A stretch of 64,000 nucleotides of DNA, taken from the NCBI RefSeq assembly GCF_009834535.1, contig NC_045697.1:37636001-37700000 (forward strand), written 5' to 3'. Position 1 is the stretch's first letter; each line of letters starts with the position of its first letter. This DNA comes from Camelus ferus (Eukaryota). The position numbers and the translations under genes are program-made. Below are positions 36,116-49,891 of the stretch, piece after piece. The notes beneath the pieces are model-generated. The model was given only the letters and a program-made list of their open reading frames with translations. It was not told the origin of the DNA and made no database searches.

Positions 36116-37519
36116 TTCCTGCTTCTCCTTCAAATTCCCAGCCAAAGTGCTCCCCTCCCAGGCCCATGGAGTCCTGACTCAAATTCACAATCAAAAGTAA
36201 CTGCTTTTCCATTATTGCATTCACTTGGCACTCTTAGATCCTTTCATCCTGTGCGTCTCTCCTGCAAGTGTATGATGCACTTACTGAGTCCAGAGTGTAT
36301 GCCTTAGTGATCACTGTATCCAAGAGTGCAATAAATATTTACACAATACCCTTTGCTCAGATGGCCCTCCTCCCCCAAACCACCCAGGCCTCTGAAATCT
36401 ACCGTGATTCAGCTGTCCCTGCTAATGAGGGTGATGAAAATTCTCCCCAGGATCAGTTCCACCAAGGACAAGGACACTCACTCTGGGAGTGGCAGAGCCC
36501 TGACCAGTGGAAACAACAGTCCCTGCAGGCAGGGAGACGGCAGCATCCCTTCCGGTGTGGCTGGGCTTTCTCTCCCACGCCTCCCCCTCCTGTCCTCTCC
36601 TCCAGGTTCTCGGATTTCTAACGAGGTAGTGTGGCCCAGGGCGCAGCACCCTGCACAGGAAGTGAGGAAGACGGACTTCCTGTCCTGGCCATGACCGTCA
36701 GCGTGTCCTGCAGTAGGGCCTCACTTTTCCGTTTTGTTTGCTGGGACTGACAACATTCCAAACTCAATTGTCACCCTCTGCTCCTTTCCCCCTTGGGGAT
36801 TATATAAGAACTCTTATATATAAAAACAAACTCTGTTCAGGTCCTTGAGCTTTTCTGAGGACAGCTTTGTATAAATATAAGATACCTTTTGTTATTGTTT
36901 GTAGCCCAAGGGATTTGCAGAAAGAAGTTAAGAGCCAGCGATGCTCATTTTTATAGGCAGAAAATAGCTGCTGGAAAAACAACCTGGTGTGTAGAGCACA
37001 ATGTTCTTATTGAGCAGACAGAATTATCTTTCCTAGGCAGCCATGAACACAAAACACCTGGTGCACACGTTTCCTGCCCCTTCACATATTTTGAAAGAAA
37101 GAGACCTTTTACCCTGACCTGTCAAGCAAAGATCTTCATGAACTTCTGTCCACAGACTGAAACAGTTATCTTGGCTTGCCGCCGTGGATTTAAATGGTAA
37201 ACATAGCTGAGCGTCACTCTTAGGGCATCTTCTCCACTTATCACTCAGATCTTATCAGATCCACACATGCACTTCTTCTTCCTTAAAATTACAGCCCACT
37301 GGATGCGTTAGGAGTCAGGGGCTTCCTGACACATCTACCCAACACCGTGTTGGGTGCTGTTTGAGAAGATGGGGACCCAGAAGACTTGATCCTGACCTGG
37401 ACATGGTTTAAAAACTTTGGAGAGAAAACTAAATACAGCCACTGAAAACTTTTAAAGAATCATACAGATCTATTCTTAATAAGATTTGCTCCCTACTTTA
37501 ATGACTCAGAGGTGTTTAA

Positions 37520-38181
37520 GTATTGAAATTCCTCAAAAAACTAAAAATAGACTCACCATATGATCTAGCAATATATCCAGAGGAAACTCTAATTCAAAAA
37601 GACACATGCACCCCAATGTTCATAGAAGCACTATACACAATAGCCAAGACATGGAAACAACCTAAATGTCCATCAGCAGATGACTGGATAAGGAAACTGT
37701 GATATATTTATACAATGGAATACTACTCAGCCATAAAAAAGTAATGCTATTTGCCAGCAACATGGATGGACCTCATCCTAAGTAAGCTAGAAAGAGAAAG
37801 GAAAATACCATATGATATCACTCATATGTGGAATCTAAGAAAGAAAAGACACTAATGAACTTTTCTACAAAACAGAAATAGACTCACAGACATAGTAAAT
37901 AATCTATGGTTACCAGGGGGAAAGGAGGTGGGAAGGGATAAGTTGGGAGTTCAAGATTTGCAGATAGTAACTACTATATATAAAATAGATAAACAACAAG
38001 TTTCTACTGTATAGCCCAGGGAACTATATTCAATATCTTGTAGTAACCTATAATGAAAAAGAATACGAAAATGAATATATGTCTGTATACATATGACTGA
38101 AACATTATGCTGTACACCAGAAATTGGCACATTATAACTGACAAAATTTCAATAAAATTTTTTTTTAATTTTTAAAAGACT
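37520..38181 (+). mobile_element. 5'-truncated young L1 3' end
   Basis: ATTCCTCAAAAAACTAAAAATAGAC...TTTCAATAAAA; 14-bp TSD TCAGAGGTGTTTAA at 37506-37519 and 38182-38195. Confidence 0.92.
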
Positions 38182-38374
38182 TCAGAGGTGTTTAAAGAAG
38201 GTAATCAGTGTGAAAAAGCTCCACAGAGGATGAGGATGGTGCTCAGTAAAATCAGTTAAGTGGAGAAAGGAAACCGGAAATAGGTCTTGAAGGACAAAAA
38301 GCATCTGAAATGGTGAAGGAAGGAGCAAATAGCTGTGCGGGGAAAGCCACGTGGCACAGAGCTGAAGGACCGAC

Positions 38375-38610
38375 TTTGCAGTGAAGCAGATTGACCTGGG
38401 CATGCCGCTCGCTGACGGTGGGTTTCTGAGCAAGTTAAGTAACCTCTCTAGGCTTTACTTTCCTCTCCCATTATAAGTGAATGCTAATACCTCCGTCTTA
38501 GGTTTGGGGAAGAATTAGAGAGATAAATGTAGGCAAAGTTCTTAACACATTGCTGGGCAGATAGTAAGTACTCAAACAATGTATATTTATCATTATTGTT
38601 GTTATTATTA
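38375..38610 (+). mobile_element. MIR
   Basis: GAGCAAGTTAAGTAACCTCTCTAGGC...AGAATTAGAGAGATAAATGTAGGCAAAG...CAGATAGTAAGTACTCAA. Confidence 0.7.
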
Positions 38611-39204
38611 CTAGGGGAAATATGAACAAAGGCAGGAATTGCTTAATCTGAAAATCAATTTTCCCCATAATAAAATAATCAAGAGACACGATCTTTATGT
38701 AAATTTGAGCAACGAGCACCTGCCCACTGCAGCCTTGTGAAGGGAAGATAATGTGTATTTATTACCTCCCACAAACTCTGACTTCCTGCCTCTTCCCTTT
38801 CTTTCCACATCCTTCCCCATCCCCACTACGTCGGTATCCCCACTGTGCCACAGACAGCCCACAATCTTGTTTCTTTGTCCTCTCCTCTCCCATGCTCCTT
38901 CCTTACCCCTAGGCTGGAGGAGAGACAGATGAGTCACAGGGATGGAGCTGCCATGGCGGCCTTTGAGGCAACGATGACAGAATATGGATAGGGTCTAGGG
39001 ACAGAGATTCTCTTGGTTACATCTTGATCCTACCAAGTCATATATGGACAGCTAACCAACCCTAACACAAGGAGTGCTCAGAGGAGAATTTCCAGTTTCT
39101 TTACAGATCAAATTTTCAAGAGTGAAAACTCAGGAATTGTATATTTTCTTTCTGGCAGAGACGTGGATTGGCCACAAGCGCCATATCTAAGCTGTGATGT
39201 CACA

Positions 39205-39332
39205 GGTCATTAGGGGTGTTGTGCTGTTTGGGCACTGCACACGAAAGCCTAATGCAGCATGCACTTGTCATACTGTGAGGGTTGGTGACCAATGGCTTTG
39301 CAGCAGGACCCTTCCCTGAAGACTCATTCTTA
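39205..39332 (+). repeat. Inverted partial copy of the LTR at 40125-40560
   Basis: The reverse complement of 39273-39332 matches 40433-40492 at 54 of 60 positions. Confidence 0.85.
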
Positions 39333-40124
39333 AGAAGACCCACCCTTCTCCCTGCCCAGTTCACCCAGTGGATGACAATCACGTTCCTGCTGAACAGGCT
39401 GTGGCTTCATTCCTAGTTCATAAGGTTCTCTTGGCTTCCAATTACCTACAGGGTAAAACTCAAACTTCTTATCCCAGCAGATAAAGGTCTTCACATCCAT
39501 CCCTGCCTTCTTCTCTGCCATCTCATCTCCTGCCATGGTCAGCTTCTCCCCAGTGCCCCCAAACACCACACCCTTTCAGGTCGTGGTCCTTCGAGATGAA
39601 CAGCTCCCCTAACTTTCACCTGGTAAAAAGTTTTGCTCTCTCTACCAGAACCAGCTCTGGTATCATCTCCAAAGTAAAAACTATCATGTCTTCTCCAGCC
39701 TTTTTTCTGGGTGGTTTAGACTCCTAAAGTTTACCACATGGTAGATGCTTGAGAAATATTTCTTGAATGAATAAATGAGTTCTGACTTCAATAACAGCAT
39801 TTATTAAGATACATGGTAATTGTCCTAACTCACTTGTTGGTTTCTTCATCAGGCTGTGAGTTTCTCAAAAGGATGAGGTGAAGGGAAGCTGTGTCCTTTA
39901 TATCTGTATTCTAGGACCCTAATACCTCATAAGGTAGGCTTTAAGTCAGAGTTTGACAACCTAAAAAATTTCTAATATACCGTTTGCAAATTTTTTTCTC
40001 ATTATGCATTCTTTATTTCGTGATGAAGCTGCCCTTCTCTCTAAATGCTGGGTTAGGAAGGGATAGGAAGACGTCTCCAGAATATAGCCAAGAATATGAA
40101 AAGCAGGAAAGCAGGGGAAGCCCA

Positions 40125-40560
40125 TCTTAGATTAGAGTCTCTGGAATCAGAGGTTGGGTCTTTTGAAAGTGGTCTTAGGGACACCTTGTCAAAGAGTGAG
40201 GGAAGCAAGACAGGGCATGGGAGAAGCCAAGCAAGATATGGACTGAGCTACAGTCCAGCCTTAGTCCAACCCCATGGGAAGTTCTGGGACAAGGATGGCC
40301 TCACGGAATCATCCCTCCTGGGGGCAAAGGGGCTGGGGCTTTTATACTCCCGTATTAATAGTAGGCTGCAAGCACACCAGAGGTAGGGGGACAACCTCTC
40401 AGGCATTTCTGTGTGGAGCAGTTCCAGTGGACTAAGAGCGAGTCTTCAGAGAAGGGTCCTACTGCAAAGCCATTTGTCACCAACCCTCTCAGCAGCCGAG
40501 TGACAAGAGAACTTGGGCTGGTAAAAGGATCTGAGCAGCACAACAAAAGCTCCTACCACA
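40125..40560 (-). mobile_element. ERVL solo LTR (LTR16-like)
   Basis: GAGTGAGGGAAGCAAGACAGGGCATGGGAGAAGCCAAGCAAGATATGG...CAACCTCTCAGGCATTTCTG...GGTAAAAGGATCTGAGCAGCAC...CTACCACA. Confidence 0.7.
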
Positions 40561-42119
40561 TCCTGAAAAGTAAAGATGATAGAAAGTGCTTACTCCTAGA
40601 AGGATTATGCAAACCTTTATTTAAAACCCATCTCCTCCTACTAGATCAACAAATCTCTCTGAATCAGTTGCACTCACTCCTTAACAAGTTAGAAACAGCA
40701 AGACGGAAGAGGGTACAGAGGTGCTTAAAGGTCAGCTCTCCAATAGAAGTAAAAAAGAAACAGGAACTCCAAAAAGTATAGCAGTCTGGAACCTGGTGGA
40801 GCCTTAGAGGGTTGTAAATTAAAGTCTAAAAAAGTTGAGATTTACAACGAGAAGAAGTTAAACAAGCTGTTTTGCATCCTATGTTTAAGAACACAGCATG
40901 ATGTGCCATGTAATTTTAAAAGATTTCATTCGAGATTTGGAAGCTTCAGATATGTGAACAATTAGTAAGATTTGATTTTTGCAGATTATCTCCTTCCCTG
41001 CCAGCCCTGAATAAGTGAGGTGTTACTGAACTACCTTGGAGAACATCTGACCTCCAGGAGCCCATTGAAACTCCTTGGATCACAGCATGACTTCAAGTTT
41101 GTTTAAACGTCCTGAAAGTTCTGACTCCTCCTGGCACATGTGATTACATAACCAGAGCTGATAGAAACCTCCAGTCGTCACATATACACACAGTCTGGTA
41201 AAGAGGGAGCTCTAGCCTGGCCTCAGACACGGGGAGCTCAAGTACCTCCGCTCTCATTAACATCTGAGGACCCTAAGTAAGTCATTTGTCTTCTCTGGGT
41301 CTCAGTGTCTTCGTCTGTAAAGGAGAAATAATCATGTTTATCATGTTATTACTAATATTTATTATATTACATATTATACCAGTGTAATATGTTATACATA
41401 ATATGTTGTTATATTTATTATGTTAATAATATTATTATTATATCTCATCAGCCTGCTATGAGGACACATGAGATAATGGTGGTGAAGTCGCTTTACAAGG
41501 TGTGAAAAATAATTAAAACAAAAGTGGAGTATTTGAAAAAACAAACACCCTTTAATTCCTTCTTTCAGATGCAATTTCTGAAAACCCATAAAATTGATGA
41601 AACAGACCTGGATGCTGCCTCCCATAGATTTGTTCTGTCCTGGTTCTCCACCATCTGGCCCCCTGTGCTGTCCTCCCGGTGGCCAGCCTGTACCCCGACT
41701 TCTTGGTCCTGGTTCAGAATGACTGCCTTTGGAGAATGGGGTTTCTCAGGAAGAACATTGCACAATCAGAAAACACTGATCTGCCAAGGCTGTAATATTT
41801 TTTTCCTGGAGCCCTTTCAGGAATGTGTCACAGGAGGTGGGGGAGATGGGCCACGGAACAGAGAGTACTAGGCACCAGCCACCAGGTAATAAAATGTCCC
41901 AGCATTCCTTTTCCAAATCTAATGAAGACATCAATCTTCATTAAGTCAAAGTGTCTGGGGTCCCCAGCAGTGACATTTACAGAGCTGCTTCAAAAAGCGG
42001 GAGGACTAAAAGGCAGGCCATCGAGCAAGAGGCAGTGAATTCTAGAACTCGATGATGTCTGTTTTCAACAAAGGTTGAATTTGCCAATAGCTATTATCAC
42101 TGAACAGGAGCCCCAGACT

Positions 42120-42317
42120 CAGGGTGGTGCCACAGCCGTGGCACCTCCTCAGGCAAGCCTGGTTATTCAGGGTTCCTCCCAACTCCCCACTCAGTGATGT
42201 CACGTGCATAGCTTGTAATTGACCCTGGTGGCAGTATTTACACCATGGAAACCGGCAGGTGCCACAGCTGGGGTCCCTCACTCCCACCCAGAGAGCCAGC
42301 TTACCAGCACACCACTG
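42120..42317 (-). mobile_element. hAT-Blackjack MITE (MER63-like)
   Basis: CCCAACTCCCCACTCAGTGATGTCACG...GTATTTACACCATGGAAACCGGCA...GAGAGCCAGCTTACCAGCACACCACTG. Confidence 0.7.
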
Positions 42318-42979
42318 CTTAAGCTTGTATCCAAATGTCCATGAGATGCGTGGATTCCCGAAATAGCTCTCCAAAGAGCAGTGTTGTTCTTGAATTTCCG
42401 TGTGAACCCCTGGGGGGTAAAAAGTTTGTGTATATAAATATCAGAAATCCTTTGCTTTCAGATTCCGAACCACCTTCCTCATATAGCTTCTCTTTCCCTT
42501 CAGGCTAGTGTGGAGAATGGCTTACTATTGACTGAGAAAAGCCTGAGTCACTGTTATAACCTTGGCATTGTCAACCTGATTGTTTTTTTCCATGAATGTT
42601 TCCCAGGCTCCAGCCTCAGCAGGGTACCAAGGACGCTTATGGACCGCAATTACCCTGCAGCGAGTACACCCCGGAGCTTGCGGGATCCTATAGAAAAGCA
42701 GGGGCAAGATGCTCTCTGCTCGGAGGAATCTTGCAAAACAGATGGGATTCAGCTAAAAGTGGCCATCCTCAGTAGGAGAACATAATTTTCTTCTTTCTTT
42801 CCATACCACAGTGCAGGATTAATGAAGAATAAAGGGGAATAAAAATGCAGCATGCATAATGTTCACTTCCACGGACCTTTCTGTCACTGATGTCTCTGTG
42901 TCTGGAGCTGGTGATTTTCACCCCTCTTTCCCATAACTTGTGTAGAGGCTGAGAGGAAAAGGGGTGGGGGGTGGAAATG

Positions 42980-43190
42980 AGCATTTATAGAGCACCAGCA
43001 CTCTATCAGTACCAGAATGTCTTATCTAATTATCACAAACAACCATGTAAGGAAAATACTGTTACTTCCATTTTTTGCAGAGCAGGAAAGGTAAAAGTTA
43101 CCTAAGGCTACCCAGCTAATGGGTTTGGGAGTAGGAATTTGAATCCAGGTCTCTGGCTTCAGATTCCATGGTCTCTCCACACTTTCTACT
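42980..43190 (-). mobile_element. MIR, antisense
   Basis: GCATTTATAGAGCACC...CCATTTTTTGCAGAG...TTACCTAAGGCTACCCAGCTAA...GGAATTTGAATCCAGGTCT. Confidence 0.7.
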
Positions 43191-43765
43191 ACTTTCTTGA
43201 CCCATAGACAAAGCCCAACTGTGGAACCAGTTCTGGAGTCATGGATGCAGGCTGAGTTTGGTCCCTTGGGGCTGGCCTTCCCCAAGGATACACATTGGGT
43301 TGTCTAATGAGGGAAGTCAAAGAGACTTTCAGGTCTTCTTCAGGACTTGCAATGCCTTGGGGGCAGTTTTGAGGCAAATACTAAGTCTTTGATGTCATGC
43401 TCATTAAAGATGTAAAATAAGAGAAAAGCATGGGAATCAGAGACAAATTCCGGACCGAGATTTCAAGAATTTTTTTTCAAGCTCCTCTGGGCTAATAGCC
43501 TAAGTAGCCAACTACTCCTAACTTAGCCTCAAACTGCCACCTGTGTTGTTTAAAGAAAGAAAAGAATGTCTTTTCCAGTAATTTTATACCGGGAGAAATA
43601 CATAATGGCCTTACCTATAGATTTCACCTTGGCAACGGTGCATCATTTGTGTCATATCCCAGGCTAAGGGATGTGACACACTCCCTTTGGTTTCCTGGGA
43701 TACACCCCAACAAAGAACCTTGTCCTTTCAAGTTACAGTGATGAAGATGTTACTGATGCTCATAC

Positions 43766-44011
43766 TTTATTTTTTTTAACATTTTTTATTGATTTATAAT
43801 CATTTTACAATGCTGTGTCAAATTCCAACGTAGAGCACAATTTTTCAGTTATACATGAACATATATATTCATTGTCACATTTTTTTTCCTCTGTGAGCTA
43901 CCATAAGATCTTGTATATATTTCCTGTGCTGTACAGTATAATCTTGTTTATCTATTCTACAATTTTGAAATCCCTGTCTGTCCCTTCCCATCCCTCGCCC
44001 CCTTGGCAACC
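43766..44011 (-). mobile_element. Recent lineage-specific L1 3' end, antisense
   Basis: TTTTTTTAACATTTTTTATTGATTTATAATCATTTTACAATGCTGTGTCAAATTCC...CCCTCGCCCCCTTGGCAACC; nearly identical to the copy at 46155-46285. Confidence 0.85.
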
Positions 44012-45222
44012 TAAAATTCATAGGGCATGCTAAGTCCCAGCTCAGTGAGGTTAACGGACATCTCTTTTTAGATTTCGGATGAAGTGGCAAAGAGATATTG
44101 CATTGATTTCTGCACACTGTATCTTTCCACACTTGAAAACAATCATCTATGCTACCTCCAAATCTTCTTTTCTCCTGAGCAATGACCTCATTTCATAGGC
44201 TTTTTACATTTTTGATTATGTAAATAACAGACATTCAAAGGTTAAACAATGAAAGAAATCTAATGTAATATGATATAAAATAGGATGTTAGTTTGTTAAA
44301 ATGCACACTTGAACGAGAAATAATACCTTAGGAATTTAATATTGGTATTCAAATTTTTTTAATATAAAAAATGTTATATACAGTTTTATGTAAAATATTT
44401 TATAAGTTTTTATCATGATATCCTAAACTCTAGCAGGAGAGAGAGGGGTGGGGGGAGAGAACGTTTCTATGTGTTAAGTTACGAATATGCTCAGCTGAAA
44501 GTCCCTTTATGACCTCAAATTGGAGAAACAGGTGAATACAGAGAGTCACAACTTATTGGAGCAGAAACTCATAAGTGGAAGCTTCTGTGGGAAACACTGC
44601 CTGGGTAGAAAAACCTGGACTGTGACAAATCTCTGGAGGCTGAGTGTGGGCAACTCTGAGAGTTCTCAATGAACAAGTAAAATCTGAAATTAAAAACACA
44701 TTTTTTTGCCTTGTAAAAAACATCTATTTGGCTTTTAATACAAAATAGCTCAGAGAAGCACAGAAAAAATAACATACAAGCCAGTTATTGAAAAAAAATC
44801 CCCAACAAACAAATTTTAGTCATATTCCCTGTCTTCAGCCTGGGTTAGAAAACAGAAAACTACAAACCAACCAATGCTTGCCCTTTTGAAGAAATCTTAT
44901 TTAAAGGAAAAAAAGAGAGGGAAAATAAAACAGCCCCTAAAATCTGGCAGGTGGTTTTTAGAAGGCAATGGAAGCTTGCCTTAATCATTCTGGGGAAATG
45001 GGATACATGTGGTCTTTGGAATATGGCCACCTCCTTGTTTCTTGCTAGTAATGATCTTCATATGAAGGGAAGATGCTTGCCTGGAGCACTATTTGATGCC
45101 ACAAATGCAATCTGAGACCTCAAGGTCAAATAGCCTCAAGTCTTCTATTCCAAATCTCCACTGAATCTTCACCATATACAGGCTCTCGTCACTGGATGAT
45201 GAGACAGACTAAGCAGTATTCC

Positions 45223-45224
<2 letters not shown>

Positions 45225-45259
<35 letters not shown>
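45225..45259. repeat. (TG)17 microsatellite
   Basis: Pure TG run inside the L1. Confidence 0.95.
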
Positions 45260-45261
<2 letters not shown>

Positions 45262-46154
45262 ACAACACCTTATTTATCCAGTCATCTGTTGATGGACATT
45301 TAGGTTGCTTCCATGTCTTGGCTGTTGTAAACAGTGCTACTATGAACATTGGGGTGCATGTATCTTTTTGAATTAGAGTTTCCTCCAGATACTTGCCCAG
45401 GAGTAGGATTGCTGGATTCTAGGGTAAGTCTATTTTCAGTTTTTTAAGGAATCTGCATAGTTTTCCATAATGGCTGCACCAAACTACATTCCCACTAATA
45501 CTGTAGGAGGGTTCCCTTTTCTCCACACCCTCTCCAGCATTTATTGTTTGTGGGCTTTTTAATGATGGCCATTCTGACTGGTGTGAGGTGATACCTCATT
45601 GAAGTTTTGATTTGCATTTCTCTGATAACTAGCAATACTGAGCATTTTTTCATGTGTCTATTGGCCATCTGTACATCTTCACTTGGAGAAATGTTTGCTT
45701 AGGACTTCTGCCCATTTTTGGATTGGTTTTTTGTTATTGAGTTGTATGAGCTGTTTGTATATTCTGGAGATTAAGCCCTTGTCAGTCGCATCATTTGCAA
45801 ATATTTTCTACCATTCTGTAGACTGTTTTTTGTTTTACTTATGGTTTCCTTTGTTGTGCAAAAGCTCATACGTTTAATTAGGTCCCATTTGTTTATTTTT
45901 GCTTTTATTTCTATTCGTTTGGTAGACTGCTTAAGGAGAACATGGCTATGATTTATATCAGAGAATGTTTTGCCTATGATCTCTTCTAGGAGACTTATGG
46001 TGTCTTATCATATGTTTGAGTCTTTAAGCCATTTTGAGTTTTTGTGTATGATGTGAGGGAATGTTCTAACATGCAGCTGTCCAGCTTTCCCAACATCACT
46101 TGTCAAAGACACTGTCTTTCTCTATTGTTTATTCTTGCTTCCTTCATCAAAATA

Positions 46155-46285
46155 AATTTTTTTAACATTTTTTTTATTGATTTATAATCATTTTACAATG
46201 TTGTGTCAAATTCCAGTGTAGAGCACAATTTTTCAGTTATACATGAACATATATATATGTTCATTGTCACATTTTTCTCTCTGTG
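46155..46285 (-). mobile_element. Very short recent L1 3' end nested in L1
   Basis: TSD CCTTCATCAAAA at 46141-46152 and 46286-46297. Confidence 0.9.
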
Positions 46286-48757
46286 CCTTCATCAAAAATT
46301 AATTGACCCTAGGTGTGTGGATTTATTTCTGGGCTCTCTACCCTATTCCGTTGATCCATATGTCTGTTTTTGTGCCATTACTACATTGTTTTGATTACTG
46401 TAGCTTTATAGTATTGCACAAGAGAAACTTTAAATAGAAAGATATTGACAGGGTAAAAGTAAAGAATGAAAAAAATGTATAAACATTAATCATAAGAAAG
46501 TTGAGTGAATATATTAATGTCAGGTAAAGTAGACTTTAGGACAAGGAGTATTACTACACATAAAGAAAGATACTTCATAATGATAAAGTGCTTAGTTCAT
46601 CAAGAAAACAAAACAAATCCTAAATGTGTATATGCCTAATAGTAAGGCTTTACAATTATAAAGCAAAAATTTAATTATGAATCAAAGAAAGAAAGAAAAT
46701 CACAATTACAGTTGAAGATTTTAACAGTTATTGATAGAACAAGTGACTAAAAGTTAGTAAGGATATAGAATATTTGATCAACACTAAAAGCTAACTAACA
46801 TATATAGGACACTAAATTCAACACCATAGAATATACATTTTTTTCAAGCGTCTATCAAATATTTACTAAGATAGACTACGTCTTGGCCATAAAACAAGTC
46901 TTAATAAAGTCTAAAGGACTGAAATATTACAAAGTATGTTATTTAAGCACAATGAAATTTAATTAGAAATCAATACAAAAATACATCTAGAAAAAAAAAA
47001 CCCATATCTGGAAATTAAGCAACATGAATTCTAAATAATCTTGGCTCAAAGAATAAATCACAAGGAAAATTAGAAAATATTTAAACTAAATGGCAATAAA
47101 ATATAATATTTCAAAATCAGTGCTAAAGTAGTGCTTTGGAAAAATAGTAATCACTTAAATATTCATATTAAAAAATAAGGAAGAATAAAATAAGTGAGCT
47201 ATTCTTTCACTTTAAGAAGCTAAATAAAAAAGAGAAAAATAAGAAAAGAGGAATAATAATGACAAGTATAAAATCCATAAAATAGAAAATAAATAATAGA
47301 GTCTATCAACACAAACAAAAGTTTGTCCTTCAGAGAGATTAATAAATTTGAAAAACTCTTAGCAAAATGGTCAGCAAAAAAAGAAAGAAAACATAAATTA
47401 CCAATACCTGACTTGAAAGAGGGCACATTGCTCAAATTCTAGAATTATTAAGAGGAATATAGGGAGATAACATGAATGTATTCATACTAATAAATTTGAA
47501 AATTTAGATGAAATGGACAAATCCTTGAAAAACACAGCTTTTTCACAAGAAGCTGTGACACAAGAAGAAATAGAATATCTAAATTACTTTATATCTTTTA
47601 AAGTAATTGAATTTGTAATTAAAACCTTTCCCACATTTTTGATACCAATACTTGAAGAAAAAAAATGTAGATCGGTATCTTTCATTAAGCTAGACACAAA
47701 TATTCTTTCCCAGCAAATGAATCCAACAATATACAAAAATTTTAATTCATCAAAACCAAGTGAGGCATATTCCAAGAATGCAAGATTGTTTTAGCATTTG
47801 AAAATCAATTGGTATAAATCATCACATTAACAAAGTAAAGGAGCTTAATCATATGATCATATAAATAGACACAGAAAAAGTATTTGACAAAATTTAATGT
47901 CAAGTCTTGGGAAAAAATAAAACTTCTTCACAAACTAGTCACAGAAGGGAAATTTTAACCTGATAAAGAGCACCTATGAACAATTTAAAGCTTACATATT
48001 GTTTAATATTGAAATATTGGATCCTTCTCTGAAGGTTGGAGACAAAGTGAGGTTGTCTGCACTCATCTCTTCTATTCAATATGATAATGGAGGCCCTACC
48101 CAGACAATATGGTATTGGCATTTGTGTCAAGATAGACAAATAGACTGATGGAACAAAAGGAATGGGAAATACACCTACATATACAGAGTCAACTGATTTT
48201 CAATAAAGGTATCTTTTCAACAAATGATGCTAGACCAACTGTATAATTCTATGGGGAGAAAAGAATCTCACTCATTATGTCACAACATACACAAAAGTGA
48301 TTTGCAGTGGATAGTATATTTCAATATAAAAACAAAACCTATAAAGCGTCCAGAAGAAAGCAAGAAATATTCACATGACTTTGGGGTAAGTAACAATTTA
48401 TTAGGCAGTGCCCAAAAAGCATTAACCATAGGAAAATAGTGCTTAATTGGACTTTATGAGTCAAAATCTATACTCGTCAGAAGACCTTGCCAAGCAAATG
48501 AATAGGCAATCCTCAGACTTGAAGAGATTATTTGCAATTTATTGATCTAGCAAAGGACTGCTTCCAGAACGTAAAGAACTCCTACAACTCAACGATCAAT
48601 AGTATGGTTTAAAAATGGGCATAAGACTTAAGCAAACACTTTATAAAAGATTAGTCATCAGGGAAATACAACTTAAAACCACAGTGACTTACTAGTTCAC
48701 ACCAACTTGAATGGCTACAATTAAAGAGACTGACACCAAATGCTGGTGAAGGTACAG

Positions 48758-48967
48758 AGGTGGATTGACAAATTACTGCCAGCTTACCACCTGTTTTTGT
48801 AAATAAAGTTTTATTATAACACAACCACAGTCATTGCTTTATTTATAAATTGTCTACTACTGCTTTCGCATTACCGAGTTACGTAGCTGCAACAGAGACC
48901 ATATGGTTCAAAAAGCCTAAAATATTCACTCTCTGGCCCTTAACAGCAAAAGTTTACCAATCCCCAA
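48758..48967. mobile_element. MER58A-like MITE inserted in L1
   Basis: CCACCTGTTTTTGTAAATAAAGTTTTATT...CAACAGAGACCATATGG...AAAGCCTAAAATATTCACTCTCTGGCCCTT...AAAGTTTACCAATCCCC. Confidence 0.8.
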
Positions 48968-49641
48968 TATAAATCAACTTCAACTCTTATGTATTTATTG
49001 AGTAATTGTGAAATGGTACATCCACTTTGGAAAACAGTTTGACAATATCTTAGAAAGTTAAACATATACCTATCTTTGACCCAGCAATTCCACTCCTAGG
49101 TATTTGCCCAAAAGAAATAAAAACAGATGTTCACAAAGGACTCGTACAAGAATGTTCATAGTGGCTGTATTTATAAAAACCAAAAACTGGAAACAGCCCA
49201 GATGTTCATAAATAGGAAAATAGATAAACTATGGCATAGTCATAGAAAGGAATGCTACTCAGTAATATAAAGGAATGAACCACTAATACACAAAACAATA
49301 GGGTTGAAACAAAAATATTATGCTGAGTGGAAAGTCTTACACAAAGAGTGTATACTATATGACCCCATTTATACAAAATTCTAGAACAGGGTAAACTAAT
49401 GTATGGTGGAAAAAAATCAGAACTGTGGTTGAGTTTGGTGGGGGTGGGAGTTGGCAGAGATTGACTGTGAAGGGCATCAAACAAATTCCTAGGCCTGATA
49501 GTACTGTTCTATGTCCTGAAAGACGTTTGGGTTACACAAGTTTATGAACTGTCAAAATCAGTAGATAGATAGATAAAGATTTGTTTTGTTTACATTTTTT
49601 ATTTCAGAAGAAAAAACTGCAAACAAATTCTGAACTCTACT

Positions 49642-49696
49642 TAAACTGAAGTGTTTATAGAGAAACATGTAAACTGAAGTGTTTATAGAGAAACAT
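49642..49696. repeat. Perfect tandem duplication, 28-bp period
   Basis: TAAACTGAAGTGTTTATAGAGAAACAT at 49642-49668 and 49670-49696. Confidence 0.95.
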
Positions 49697-49891
49697 ACTG
49701 ATATTTGCAATATACTTTGCAATGCAATAAAGAAAAGATGCATTAATGGATGGATAGATAAAAAAATAGATACGCAATAGAGCAAATTAGATGTTAATGG
49801 TAGACTCTAGGTGGAGGGTGTAGTGTTGCTCACTGTAAATTCTCTCAACTATGTTGTAACTTGAAATTTTTCATATTAAAATACTGGGAAA

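Larger units (their letters stand above)
45215..46417 (-). mobile_element. L1 ORF2 end, antisense (3' terminus missing), with nested younger L1
   Basis: CCAGTCATCTGTTGATGGACATTTAGGTTGCTTCCATGTCTTGG...GGTGTGAGGTGATACCTCATTG...TTGATTACTGTAGCTTTATAGTA. Confidence 0.9.
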
